From the IMG/VR virus record IMGVR_UViG_3300009610_000008, positions 918-64,917 of that record: 64,000 bases of DNA. One strand, 5' to 3'. Below are positions 9,265-18,144 of the stretch, one piece after another. A program made the position numbers and the translations under genes. The first letter of the stretch is position 1; each line of letters opens with the position of its first letter. Origin of the DNA: a virus. Its lineage: Duplodnaviria; Caudoviricetes. The notes beneath the pieces are model-generated. The model was given only the letters and a program-made list of their open reading frames with translations. It searched no databases and was not told where the DNA came from.

Positions 9265-10887
9265 ATGCCACTACTTACCCCATCTAAACTGGATCTCCCG
9301 CAGTTCGACAGTTGGCGGGACCAGCAACCCGGTGCCATTGTCGAACTCATCGAAGCCCTCACCCCACTAGACGATGGTGGTGGGGGCTATGATACTGCGG
9401 TACTACCCGACCAAGCAGGGTTTGGTAAATCTGGCGTCTACCTGGGCCTGTCCCAACTAATGCGCCGCAGCGGTAGTGTACGCCGCACCATCATCATGAC
9501 GCAATCCCGTGGCCTACAGGACCAGGTGGGCCGCGATGCGACATTTAGCCAGGACATGAAGGGCAGGGCAAATTATCCCTGTAAGTACAGCGGGTCGCGC
9601 ACCAAGTTCCTCACCTGCAAGACTGGGCCAGATCATGGGTGTGACGTAGGTGATACGTGTACCTACAACAATCGCAAGAACATCTGTGCCAACCACCACA
9701 CGGTAGTCACTAACTATGCCTGCCGCCTATCGATGTCACTGTATCCAAATGCTAAGGGTCTTGGTGACTTCGATCTCAATGTATTAGATGAGGCCCACTT
9801 AGTCCCAGATGAAATCACCCGTGCCCTAGCTGTCGAGCTGGATGGTGGCGAACAGGCCAGGGTACTGAATGACATAGACATGCCCACCCCCGCCACCCCC
9901 AACGGCTGGCAACCCGTCGCACGCAAGTGGCTGCACTGGTACGCCAGTGAGTACACCAGTATGGATGGCAATGGTGCTGTCCAGGACGACGCCGATAGTG
10001 AGGCCAAGGATCTCAAGGACAAGCTGGTCAAGGTCGCCACCTGTAGTGGGCATGAGAACTGGCTGACATACCACAAGGAAGGCGACGGCACCCTGTACAT
10101 GGACGTCATCTGGCCAGGGTTATATGCTAAGAGTGCCTTGTATCCAACTGGCAAGGTACTGCTCACCAGTGCGACCATTACAGCCAAGTCCCTGTCCCAG
10201 CTTGGCATAGCTAGAGACAAGGTCTACTGGCGTAACACTGGTGGGCAGTTTGATCCCCGGCGTTGGCCAGCAGTGTGGATCAAGACATGCCAAGTGAAAC
10301 AGTCCATGCCATCCCACGCCAAGTCTAAGTTACTCAACACCATTGATCAAATCATCCGCACCCGCGCCGTCGAGGGTAATCGCAATGGGATAATCATTAC
10401 GCCCAGTTACGATCTGGCCAAGTGGATTAAACAGGAGTCAATGTATGGACAACGCATTGTCGTGCCTACAACCGCTACTACCCGAATGGAGGTGGACAGG
10501 TTCAAATCCCCCACATCTCTACACCGTGGGGCAGTTCTGTGTAGTCCCGCTATCGGCACAGGTTATGACTTCCCAGGGGACACTAGTAGGTGGGTTATTG
10601 TTCCTAAAGTTCCATACACGTACCATGGAGATCCACTGACGCGAGCTAGACAGGAACGGGATGGGCGTTACAGTGATGGGCTGGTGGCACAGGAGTTGGC
10701 CCAGATGGTGTCACGTTGTATGCGGGGGCCAGCCGACTGGTGTGAGGTGTTTGTGCTGGATGACCTCATCGCCCCGTTCCTCAATAGAAATAGGGATCTA
10801 ATGGTGGACTGGTTCCCCTTGTTTGAACATCGTGGTATACGCAGTGTCGACTGGTTGCCCAAGCTGATGGAGGTGCCAAGTGCCTAG
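9265..10887 (+). CDS. SF2 DinG/XPD-like helicase (Fe-S cluster type)
   Basis: Q-motif WRDQQ, AGFGKS, KGRANYPC plus three further Cys, LDEAH, TSAT, GTGYDFPGD, PKVPY, QMVSRCMR. Confidence 0.9.
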   Translation: MPLLTPSKLDLPQFDSWRDQQPGAIVELIEALTPLDDGGGGYDTAVLPDQAGFGKSGVYLGLSQLMRRSGSVRRTIIMTQSRGLQDQVGRDATFSQDMKGRANYPCKYSGSRTKFLTCKTGPDHGCDVGDTCTYNNRKNICANHHTVVTNYACRLSMSLYPNAKGLGDFDLNVLDEAHLVPDEITRALAVELDGGEQARVLNDIDMPTPATPNGWQPVARKWLHWYASEYTSMDGNGAVQDDADSEAKDLKDKLVKVATCSGHENWLTYHKEGDGTLYMDVIWPGLYAKSALYPTGKVLLTSATITAKSLSQLGIARDKVYWRNTGGQFDPRRWPAVWIKTCQVKQSMPSHAKSKLLNTIDQIIRTRAVEGNRNGIIITPSYDLAKWIKQESMYGQRIVVPTTATTRMEVDRFKSPTSLHRGAVLCSPAIGTGYDFPGDTSRWVIVPKVPYTYHGDPLTRARQERDGRYSDGLVAQELAQMVSRCMRGPADWCEVFVLDDLIAPFLNRNRDLMVDWFPLFEHRGIRSVDWLPKLMEVPSA

Positions 10888-11185
10888 TTATGTCGCCTAC
10901 TGGCGTGCGATTAGTAAACAGGCAGTCCACCGTGGTGATGAGACCCCCATGGGGATTGGCAAGTCGTCACCATTTAGTCACCGGGAGGATGCCGAGAAGT
11001 GGTTGGATGCAATATGTCATGAGTACCACACTGACCCAGCTCACGTGGCCGAGGGTGTGTCCTGCATTGGGCAGATAGTCGCCACTACCATCCCACCACT
11101 AGTGATCAGGCATTGTCATACCCTGGTACTGGTGGACAACCGGTGCCCGAAGTGCAACTCGTTAGTGACTAACCGCGACCGTTGA
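10880..11185 (+). CDS. Hypothetical protein with C-terminal CxxC
   Basis: GGAGG SD, GTG start overlapping the helicase stop. Confidence 0.6.
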   Translation: MPSYVAYWRAISKQAVHRGDETPMGIGKSSPFSHREDAEKWLDAICHEYHTDPAHVAEGVSCIGQIVATTIPPLVIRHCHTLVLVDNRCPKCNSLVTNRDR

Positions 11186-11212
11186 CGCAACGTTGACGCA
11201 ACGTTGACGCAA
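11180..11212. repeat. Three tandem copies of the 11-mer CGTTGACGCAA
   Basis: Direct reading; lies between a palindrome copy and a promoter. Confidence 0.95.
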
Positions 11213-11225
11213 AGTAAAATCTCAC

Positions 11226-11254
11226 TTGACACCAGCCTTTGATTTTGGTAACAT
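11226..11254 (+). promoter_or_regulatory. Sigma70 promoter
   Basis: TTGACA 11226-11231, 17-bp spacer, extended -10 TGgTAACAT 11246-11254. Confidence 0.8.
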
Positions 11255-11358
11255 AGTAGAGGCCCAACTCTATGAAAACGCAGGGGTTACGTTCCCTTGT
11301 GTGTGGCAATCAACCAACTAACTAATGTACCTAATAGGGTACTGGAGAATAGCTCAAC

Positions 11359-12333
11359 ATGGCATTGAAAGCAAGAGTCGAAGATCAAGTACTAGGTGGT
11401 GGGTTCCAAATCACCGCCGACGACACCGTGTATAAGTTACAACTCGGCGGCGCCCTCCGTCATTACGAACCCAAGCCGGGTGACAAAGCCTTTGATGGCA
11501 GTGCCGCCCAACCAGCCGACGCCCCGTACATCTTTGTCACCGCCACCCCCGTCAATCCCAAGACGCACAAGCCCATCACTGGTGCCGATTCCATGACCCA
11601 GTACTACCGCGCCGGTTGGGACCTCACCCACTTTGTCCCGGCCAATGTTGTCGACGGTGACCTGGATAAACTCGCCGCCAAGGTACAAGTAAGTGACAAG
11701 ACATTGGTGGGGTACCGTACACTCGCCACTCAAAAGGGGGAAGACACTGGGTTCCTCAAGGGGAGTGAAGCTGGACTATTGATGGCGGCAATACAAATGG
11801 GGGTCGACTTTAACGTTGACTTCCTCGATGAGTTGACCGGCATCGTCTGCACATTCACCCAGGTCGACACCGGCAAGAAGGACAAGCTCAACAAGCCCAA
11901 GCTGTTGTCGGTCCCCAGCAAGATTCTCGCCGGTCCGGGGGGTGAGAGTGTTAATGGGCAACCCGGTGGTGCCAAGGCGACGGCAGAGGAGGAGGAAGTA
12001 GAGGAGGTTGCCCCAGTCAAGGCCAAGGTGGCAACCAAGAAGAAGGCTGCTGTTGTCGAGGAAGAGGAAGAACCCGCACCAGTCAAGGGCAAGGTCACTG
12101 GTGGCAAGGCGAAGGTGACACTCACTGCCGAATCCATCGCCACCCGCATTGTCGAGGAGACCATTGAATCACTCAATGCCAAGGGGACTGAGTACGATGC
12201 GGCGAAGTTGGCCAAGTCATCGAAACGCAATGCGACAATGGACGACCAGCTGGAGGCCAACCCCGACCTCAACGATGACGTCATGGACCTGCTTGGCAAC
12301 CTCAAGTGGATCACCAAGCAGATGCCCGAGTAG
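11359..12333 (+). CDS. Hypothetical protein, possible ssDNA-binding protein with K/A/E-rich linker
   Basis: Own promoter and SD; beta-rich N-half; position in the replication/recombination module. Function is inferred from context only. Confidence 0.55.
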   Translation: MALKARVEDQVLGGGFQITADDTVYKLQLGGALRHYEPKPGDKAFDGSAAQPADAPYIFVTATPVNPKTHKPITGADSMTQYYRAGWDLTHFVPANVVDGDLDKLAAKVQVSDKTLVGYRTLATQKGEDTGFLKGSEAGLLMAAIQMGVDFNVDFLDELTGIVCTFTQVDTGKKDKLNKPKLLSVPSKILAGPGGESVNGQPGGAKATAEEEEVEEVAPVKAKVATKKKAAVVEEEEEPAPVKGKVTGGKAKVTLTAESIATRIVEETIESLNAKGTEYDAAKLAKSSKRNATMDDQLEANPDLNDDVMDLLGNLKWITKQMPE

Positions 12334-12360
12334 TGCATAGCAGTTAGTCACTAACCACAT

Positions 12361-12452
12361 GGTCCCGGTCCAAGCCAGGGGTAAGGGCGCAACCGTAGAC
12401 GCTGGCTTCTTAACACGTCCCCCATGGGGACTACTGGGTCGCCGCCGGGACC
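12361..12452 (+). other. Structured intergenic element / possible small RNA
   Basis: Closing stem GGTCCCGG/CCGGGACC, internal AGCCAG/CTGGCT, and hairpin GTCCCC-CAT-GGGGAC. Confidence 0.5.
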
Positions 12453-12479
12453 ACCACCAAGGAGAATGGAGATACAAAG

Positions 12480-12860
12480 TTGGGATACCAATACACAATC
12501 AATGACCGCGTTGACCAAGTCGTCAAGGCCAATGCCAAGTGGTGGACCGACCCCACGACCGGCCAACCCAAAGACCGCAACCGCGCCGAGATGCTCATGC
12601 TCACCGTAAGTGAACTAGCCGAAGCCATGGAGGGGGATCGCAAGTCCCTCATGGACGACCACCTGCCGCACTACCCCATGTATGTGGTGGAACTGGTCGA
12701 TGCCATGATACGTATATTCGACCAGCTTGGCAATGCCACCATGCCGGACGGCAAGCCAGTGAATGTGGAGCAGATCTTCATCGACAAGATGGAATACAAT
12801 GCCCAGCGGCACGACCACACCATTGATGGTCGCCTCGCCGCTGGCGGAAAGAAGTACTAA
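12480..12860 (+). CDS. MazG-like / all-alpha NTP pyrophosphohydrolase
   Basis: LMLTVSELAEAMEGDRK...VELVDAMIRIFD...KMEYNAQR is the EXXE...EXXD pattern. Confidence 0.85.
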   Translation: MGYQYTINDRVDQVVKANAKWWTDPTTGQPKDRNRAEMLMLTVSELAEAMEGDRKSLMDDHLPHYPMYVVELVDAMIRIFDQLGNATMPDGKPVNVEQIFIDKMEYNAQRHDHTIDGRLAAGGKKY

Positions 12861-12868
12861 AGGACATA

Positions 12869-13087
12869 ATGGAACCCATCATGCAGTTCTTTGCCTACGC
12901 CCACCTACCGGCCCATCTCCAGGAGGTGAGTGCGCCATTCGGTGTACTCGCCGAGACCATTGTCAACATGTTGCCTCGTAACCCCGAGCGCACTGTGGCA
13001 TTGCGTAAGTTGCTCGAAGCCAAGGACGCAGCAGTACGCGCGCGGCTATACACCGATGACGGCTACTCAAAAGTGCCGGGTAGTTAG
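12869..13087 (+). CDS. Small conserved helical-hairpin phage protein (possibly Acb2/Tad1-like fold)
   Basis: FFAYAHLP...LPRNPERTVALRKLLEAKDAAVRA; AAGGA SD. Confidence 0.6.
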   Translation: MEPIMQFFAYAHLPAHLQEVSAPFGVLAETIVNMLPRNPERTVALRKLLEAKDAAVRARLYTDDGYSKVPGS

Positions 13088-13113
13088 TCACTAACGCCAC
13101 ACAGGGGGACAGA

Positions 13114-13848
13114 ATGAAAGTAGTACTAGTAGAAACCATACCAACCGTCAACCCTGTCCCCTACACCTACACGCCATACGCCATCCGCAGTGGTGGGTGG
13201 CACATGAAGGCAGTACTCCAAGCCATTGGTGAACAAGCCGGTCTACTCGACCCATGGGAACGCCCCGCCAGTGGGTGGAGTGAGACCAGCGGTGATGATG
13301 GCAATGGCGGGGTGGGTGTCGCCTGTACCTGGGCCGCGCCCCTCTGGCCATTGATGGGCCTCGCCTGGGAGGCAATGATATTACCGGCCACTGCCCCCAA
13401 TGGCCACCCCATACCAGAACAGTCATACGAATTTGACTGCGGCGAGACGGTGTACTTTAGTCCAGACTGGGCCGTGAAACTTGACGAGTGGCCAGTCGAT
13501 GGCAAGTTAGTCACTACCGGTCGTCGCCGTGTCCCCTGCCTCGACGAATGCAAATGCACCTGGAGGAGTGCCAATAAAACAATCGCCGACTGGTGGCTAG
13601 CCATTACTCAACTCAAGTCGTACTGCATGGCCATGGGGGTATTTCGTGGGCGTCTCACTGTCGTCTATGTCAATGGGCATTATGAGAAAAACGTCGTGGG
13701 TGTACCAGTACTGAAACGTCATTGGATCGAGTTCACCCGCGCAGACTTCGATATGCAAGAGGAACTAATAAACACGTGGCTACAAGAACGCGCAACACTA
13801 CGCAAGGCTTTTCACAATCATCGGCGGCAACGAGTGACACTAGACTAG
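13114..13848 (+). CDS. PD-(D/E)xK exonuclease (Cas4/RecB-like)
   Basis: GLAWE, SPD, LDECKCTW, QLKSY motifs. Confidence 0.8.
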   Translation: MKVVLVETIPTVNPVPYTYTPYAIRSGGWHMKAVLQAIGEQAGLLDPWERPASGWSETSGDDGNGGVGVACTWAAPLWPLMGLAWEAMILPATAPNGHPIPEQSYEFDCGETVYFSPDWAVKLDEWPVDGKLVTTGRRRVPCLDECKCTWRSANKTIADWWLAITQLKSYCMAMGVFRGRLTVVYVNGHYEKNVVGVPVLKRHWIEFTRADFDMQEELINTWLQERATLRKAFHNHRRQRVTLD

Positions 13849-14834
13849 CTGGCTTCTGGGATGACCAGGAGGACATACCCAATGAGAAACCACGATTGAA
13901 GTTGGCCATTGCCGGTCTGTCTGGCAGTGGCAAGACACGTATTGCACTAACAGCCGAGGAAGCCATAGGCGCCATACTCGTCGACCCTAATGGACGCAGT
14001 ACTGTCATGGATGCGGTGCATGGGCGGGGTGAGTGGAAGGGTAAACCACGTCGTATATTTATCCCAAAGGACGACCTGCGTGCCCCGCTGTTTAATCCAC
14101 TACGTCTTGGTCAACTCATCAAGGAGGCCGAGGCCGCTGTCGCCCGGGGTGAGAAGGACCCCACTCAACTTGTCCACAAGGAACACATGATGCGGGTCCA
14201 GGCGGCGGTGGGTGCCCTATGTGTGGATGACAGGGTACGCACAATACTCATTGATGGGGCCAATAAGATCCACCAATCGGCATCATTCGCCGAGCATGGC
14301 CGTATCGAGAAGGTCATGCAACGTGAGAGAGGAGAGATGAACCGCATACTCACCGACATCATGCAAGCCCCCGACCTTGCCGGTAAACATACAATCATCA
14401 CTGCTGAAGCCGGGTCACGTTACGTTGATGTCACCAGTCGTGGTCGTGACGGCCAATCACAGGTCAAGAGTGTCGAGACCCAGTTCTTGAAACGTGGCGG
14501 CTGGTCTGGACTTGGTGGCACAGTGAGAGTGGAGGCGATGTCCATGTTCTGCAATGACAACCAGATGGTGGACAGGGCCAACTTCATCCTGGAGGATCAC
14601 TTCGACGGCTTTACCGCCAGTGGGGGTGAGTTTTGGAAACGGGTACGCAAACGCAATCCCAGGAGTGTAGACAGTTGTGTCGTGGGTGACTTCCTCCTCA
14701 TCCTCCAGCAAAGCAAGGACAACGTCGATCTACTCATTGGCGAGCGGGAATGGTCGGTCTTTGTCAACAAGGAGATCACCTTCCCAGAACTGTATCGCCG
14801 TATATGGGACAGGGAGTTGGATGATGACGAGTAG
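13776..14834 (+). CDS. Sak4/AAA_24-like P-loop ATPase (putative recombinase)
   Basis: LKLAIAGLSGSGKT, TILIDG, KHTIITA; adjacent to the exonuclease. The GTG 13776 start after GAGGA is uncertain. Confidence 0.75.
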   Translation: MATRTRNTTQGFSQSSAATSDTRLAGFWDDQEDIPNEKPRLKLAIAGLSGSGKTRIALTAEEAIGAILVDPNGRSTVMDAVHGRGEWKGKPRRIFIPKDDLRAPLFNPLRLGQLIKEAEAAVARGEKDPTQLVHKEHMMRVQAAVGALCVDDRVRTILIDGANKIHQSASFAEHGRIEKVMQRERGEMNRILTDIMQAPDLAGKHTIITAEAGSRYVDVTSRGRDGQSQVKSVETQFLKRGGWSGLGGTVRVEAMSMFCNDNQMVDRANFILEDHFDGFTASGGEFWKRVRKRNPRSVDSCVVGDFLLILQQSKDNVDLLIGEREWSVFVNKEITFPELYRRIWDRELDDDE

Positions 14835-15225
14835 TAGTTCACCATCATTACCACCGTCACCGCCAACACGTGAACTAACACTGGATGAGTTCGACAACCT
14901 AGTGGTACTACTCTACGCCGACCCCACCAAGCCCACAGTGGGTTATCTCGCCGACTACTTGGGGGTGGGTTACAGTGTCGTCTACCGGGCATTGAAACGC
15001 CAGGGAGTGCGCCGTCGCCTGCAAGGCCCATCGAGGGTTGACTTCATACCGGGGAGTAAGAGTGCCAAGGCCGCCACGCTGTTGGTCACTAACTCGTATC
15101 GCAAGAAGAGTGATCCACAGTGGGTGTCGCAAGCAAAGATAGCTAGACAGGTTGGATGTACCAGGGAGCTGGTCAAGAAGGTGCTGGACAAACTTAGAGA
15201 GCGAGGAAGGATAACCAACAAATGA
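14821..15225 (+). CDS. HTH DNA-binding protein (two HTH-like segments)
   Basis: TVGYLADYLGVGYSVVYRALKRQG and SQAKIARQVGCTRELVKKVL. Confidence 0.75.
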   Translation: MMTSSSSPSLPPSPPTRELTLDEFDNLVVLLYADPTKPTVGYLADYLGVGYSVVYRALKRQGVRRRLQGPSRVDFIPGSKSAKAATLLVTNSYRKKSDPQWVSQAKIARQVGCTRELVKKVLDKLRERGRITNK

Positions 15226-15731
15226 GTGACAAGCCAGTACCAGCCAAGAAGGCGATGGCCATGTGCCCAGAGTGCAAGGTCATCGTCAACATCGTAGTCA
15301 AGGAGGGGAACCAGTTGTACCGGGATCACCTCGCCCCCAACGACGTGGACATGTGCAAGGGGTCGTTTGCCATAGTGGGGACGAATGTAGTAGACCACCC
15401 CGTGGAGGCGAAGCGGGTACCAGTAGACTACATCTATCACCAACTCAACTGGGACTTCATCCACGGGATGGCGCAGATTGCATCCTATGCCCACGGTAAG
15501 TATGGGTCGGTGCAACAGTATGCCGACAGTCGCCTCGCTGGTGAGAAGTCGCCGGTCAACCACATGGCGGCGCACCTCAAGCAGTACATCACTGGCGAGA
15601 AGCATGACCACTTCCAAACCATGGAGGCACACTTACTAGCCATTGCCTACAACGCCATGATGGAATACTACTACTACCAACGTTATGGACGAGAGGACTA
15701 CAAACTAAATGTCGATCCAAGGGTTGAATAG
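15222..15731 (+). CDS. dATP/dGTP diphosphohydrolase (DUF5664-like) with N-terminal zinc ribbon
   Basis: FIHGMAQIASYAHGKYG...HMAAHLKQYITGE..D...HLLAIAYNAMM; CPEC at the N-terminus. Confidence 0.7.
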   Translation: MSDKPVPAKKAMAMCPECKVIVNIVVKEGNQLYRDHLAPNDVDMCKGSFAIVGTNVVDHPVEAKRVPVDYIYHQLNWDFIHGMAQIASYAHGKYGSVQQYADSRLAGEKSPVNHMAAHLKQYITGEKHDHFQTMEAHLLAIAYNAMMEYYYYQRYGREDYKLNVDPRVE

Positions 15732-16158
15732 ACCCATAGCCGAGAGGCTGATTGAAACCCCCGCAGGGATAGTGCATATGTACACTGTCGAGAAACCCGA
15801 CCACAGCCTGGAGGTGACCGCGACACTGAAGGTCAAGGTCACTGTCCATGCCGACGCCCTGCTCATGCACGACAAGATGGGCCGGGAGTTGGTCAAGGAA
15901 GCCGAGGACACCGCAGTGCGGAAGTTAATCTCCACGGTACTCCTCCCCCCGCCGCTGTTGAATATCGTGCGTGAATTGAACGTCCTGTGTATGGAGTGCC
16001 TTGTCACCATGCAGGACACCCCACACCTGGAGTATCTCAAGCTCAAGCGCATGGAACTGACCGACCAGTTGGCCAAGATCCAGGCCATCGTGCGCCAACC
16101 ATACCTGGAAGGAACCTATAACCATGGCGACCCTGGAACTACCGACGATCAGGGTTGA
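15709..16158 (+). CDS. Hypothetical protein
   Basis: GAGG SD; overlaps both neighbours. Confidence 0.6.
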   Translation: MSIQGLNRPIAERLIETPAGIVHMYTVEKPDHSLEVTATLKVKVTVHADALLMHDKMGRELVKEAEDTAVRKLISTVLLPPPLLNIVRELNVLCMECLVTMQDTPHLEYLKLKRMELTDQLAKIQAIVRQPYLEGTYNHGDPGTTDDQG

Positions 16159-16933
16159 TATGCGTGAGGGTAGTAAGACGCTGGTGCCACTGCTGGAGAA
16201 TACGTGCAATGTCATCAAGGTGCCTCAGCTACCGGCGGGGGATTTTATGTGGAGGTCTCGTCTCCGTGATGGATCAACTGTCAAGACCCTCTGTGAGTAC
16301 AAGACCTTCAGTGATTTCCTTACCAGCAAACGTGACGGTCGCCTACTCGAACAGGTCGTCAACATGTTGGAATATGGGGATCGCAACATCCTCCTCATCG
16401 AAGGGGACTGGGGACTTGGACCCAAGGGTCTAGCGGTGGTACGAGGTAAGCCATGGACAAAACCAGGGGCGAGGTTCACCGCCGAGGGGAGGTATCAAGT
16501 ACCACTCACCGGCACGGCCCGGTCACCATCATTCGCTGAACTGTCCGGTTTCCTCTGGGAGTTGCAGTACGTTGCCAACTTCCAAATCTGGCGGTCAATG
16601 ACAAAGGATGAGTCGGCAGCATTGGTATCACAAGCCTGCCGCCTCGAATGGAAGCCCTGGGATAGTCACGATGCACTGGGGGTGGGTGGTGTAGTGGGGG
16701 CAAGGGTTGAGAAGTCCACGCCCAGTGGTGGTCCGCGGTTTATAACTCCAGGTAAGTGTTGGCGGATGGCCGCACAAATAGATGGCCTTGGTGCATTGGC
16801 GTCCTATACTCAGCATGGATTTGATACGCCATACGAGATGGTAACAGCTAGTGTCGAGTCATGGGAGGCAGTGTTACCCCCCAAGCAGAAGTGGAGAGCA
16901 CGAGACATCCACAAGTGGTTGAGAGAAAGGTAA
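16124..16933 (+). CDS. ERCC4-domain (XPF/Mus81/Hef-type) structure-specific nuclease
   Basis: IRVDMRE, LPAGDF, CEYKTFSDFLTS..DGRLLEQ, ILLIEG. Confidence 0.88.
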   Translation: MATLELPTIRVDMREGSKTLVPLLENTCNVIKVPQLPAGDFMWRSRLRDGSTVKTLCEYKTFSDFLTSKRDGRLLEQVVNMLEYGDRNILLIEGDWGLGPKGLAVVRGKPWTKPGARFTAEGRYQVPLTGTARSPSFAELSGFLWELQYVANFQIWRSMTKDESAALVSQACRLEWKPWDSHDALGVGGVVGARVEKSTPSGGPRFITPGKCWRMAAQIDGLGALASYTQHGFDTPYEMVTASVESWEAVLPPKQKWRARDIHKWLRER

Positions 16934-16969
16934 AGGAGTCCCCGTAGGGGCGACAGGAGAATAACAACT

Positions 16970-17419
16970 ATGGCAACCGCATTGTCAGTGGTTCGGCAAT
17001 TCTATCCCAATGTCAGGACCATAAGTGATGGGTCCAGGGACATTGAGATCAACGTAGGCGACAAGGATATAGCCAATGCCCAACGGCGCAAGCACCCCAC
17101 CTGTGCATTGGCAGTGGCCTGTAAACGTGAGTACCAAGTCAAGGGCATCATTGTCGCCCTAAGCGTGGCATACCTCATCACCAAGGATGACGAGGCCATA
17201 CGGTACATGGTCCCGCAAAGTGCTCGTAACGAGATCATCATCTACGACCGCAACGGCGAATTCGCCCCTGGTGTCTACCACTTCCTCAAACCAGACAGCC
17301 ACCACAAGCTGGGGGCGAGGGCACCACGGACTAACCCTAACAAGGGCAAAAATGGCAAGTCTAAGGGGCGGTACCGTCACCTGACCGAGAATGTGCGATC
17401 ATTGCACACCCCCAGTTAG
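16970..17419 (+). CDS. Hypothetical basic protein
   Basis: AGGAG SD; stop lies inside the palindrome at 17415. Confidence 0.7.
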   Translation: MATALSVVRQFYPNVRTISDGSRDIEINVGDKDIANAQRRKHPTCALAVACKREYQVKGIIVALSVAYLITKDDEAIRYMVPQSARNEIIIYDRNGEFAPGVYHFLKPDSHHKLGARAPRTNPNKGKNGKSKGRYRHLTENVRSLHTPS

Positions 17420-17443
17420 TGACTAACAAAGGAGTACAGAACT

Positions 17444-17821
17444 ATGAGAACGACATCGACATTGGTTACCGCACATGGTAGATGGCTTGAAGTGATGGTC
17501 AACGCCCGTCGCCTGTTAAGTAAACCCGGCAAGTGGTCCCGCACCACCCACAACCTCAACAACCGTGGCCTCCCCTGTGTCGTCACAGAGGCGCAACGCT
17601 ATAGTCTCATTGGCGCACTCGAATGGGGCCTGGATGATCCCAATGAGTTATACGCAGTATGCGCCTACATGTGTCGCATCCTGGGGATGAAGGGTAATCT
17701 CCACGACTGGCACCGCCGCCTGGAGGAAGCTGGTGAGATGGTGGTATTGGCAGACGTACTGGCACTGCTGGACAAGGCCATCAAGGCGACAGAGAAAGTG
17801 ATGGTGACATCTAATGCCTAG
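17444..17821 (+). CDS. Hypothetical protein (DUF6197-like)
   Basis: AAGGAG SD; ARRLLSKPGKW...YSLIGAL...VLALLDKAI pattern. Confidence 0.6.
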   Translation: MRTTSTLVTAHGRWLEVMVNARRLLSKPGKWSRTTHNLNNRGLPCVVTEAQRYSLIGALEWGLDDPNELYAVCAYMCRILGMKGNLHDWHRRLEEAGEMVVLADVLALLDKAIKATEKVMVTSNA

Positions 17822-17999
17822 AAAATACAACCCGGTCCCCGGCCTGGACCCGGCCCCCGGTGATGGGGACTGGGTGGATTGGTTGAATGGAGTAGTGGCG
17901 ATTGTTATTAGCATGGGTACTCTACTCATACTCGCGGGAATACTGTTGACCACCGTTGGCTGGGTATGGAGAACGCTGGTGGTGGCCAATGTCCAATAA
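17814..17999 (+). CDS. Small membrane protein
   Basis: One long hydrophobic stretch. Confidence 0.5.
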   Translation: MPRKYNPVPGLDPAPGDGDWVDWLNGVVAIVISMGTLLILAGILLTTVGWVWRTLVVANVQ

Positions 18000-18141
18000 C
18001 GGTAACAGTCTGTGGCACACCTGGTTACGCGGTCTCGCCGACATCATCATCCATCTCATGTGGATCATCGCCCTAACCACCTATCTAATGCCCCTACTCT
18101 GGGAGGTACATAAAGTGGTCAACGTCCAGGGGGCACGGTGA
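17989..18141 (+). CDS. Small membrane protein
   Basis: Hydrophobic stretch LADIIIHLMWIIALTTYLMPLLW; fills the gap. Confidence 0.45.
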   Translation: MSNNGNSLWHTWLRGLADIIIHLMWIIALTTYLMPLLWEVHKVVNVQGAR

Positions 18142-18144
18142 ACC

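Noticed and set aside
12480-15731. Z-genome (2-aminoadenine) or deazaguanine modification system
   Set aside because: No PurZ, QueC/D/E, FolE or DpdA homolog was recognised in the window.
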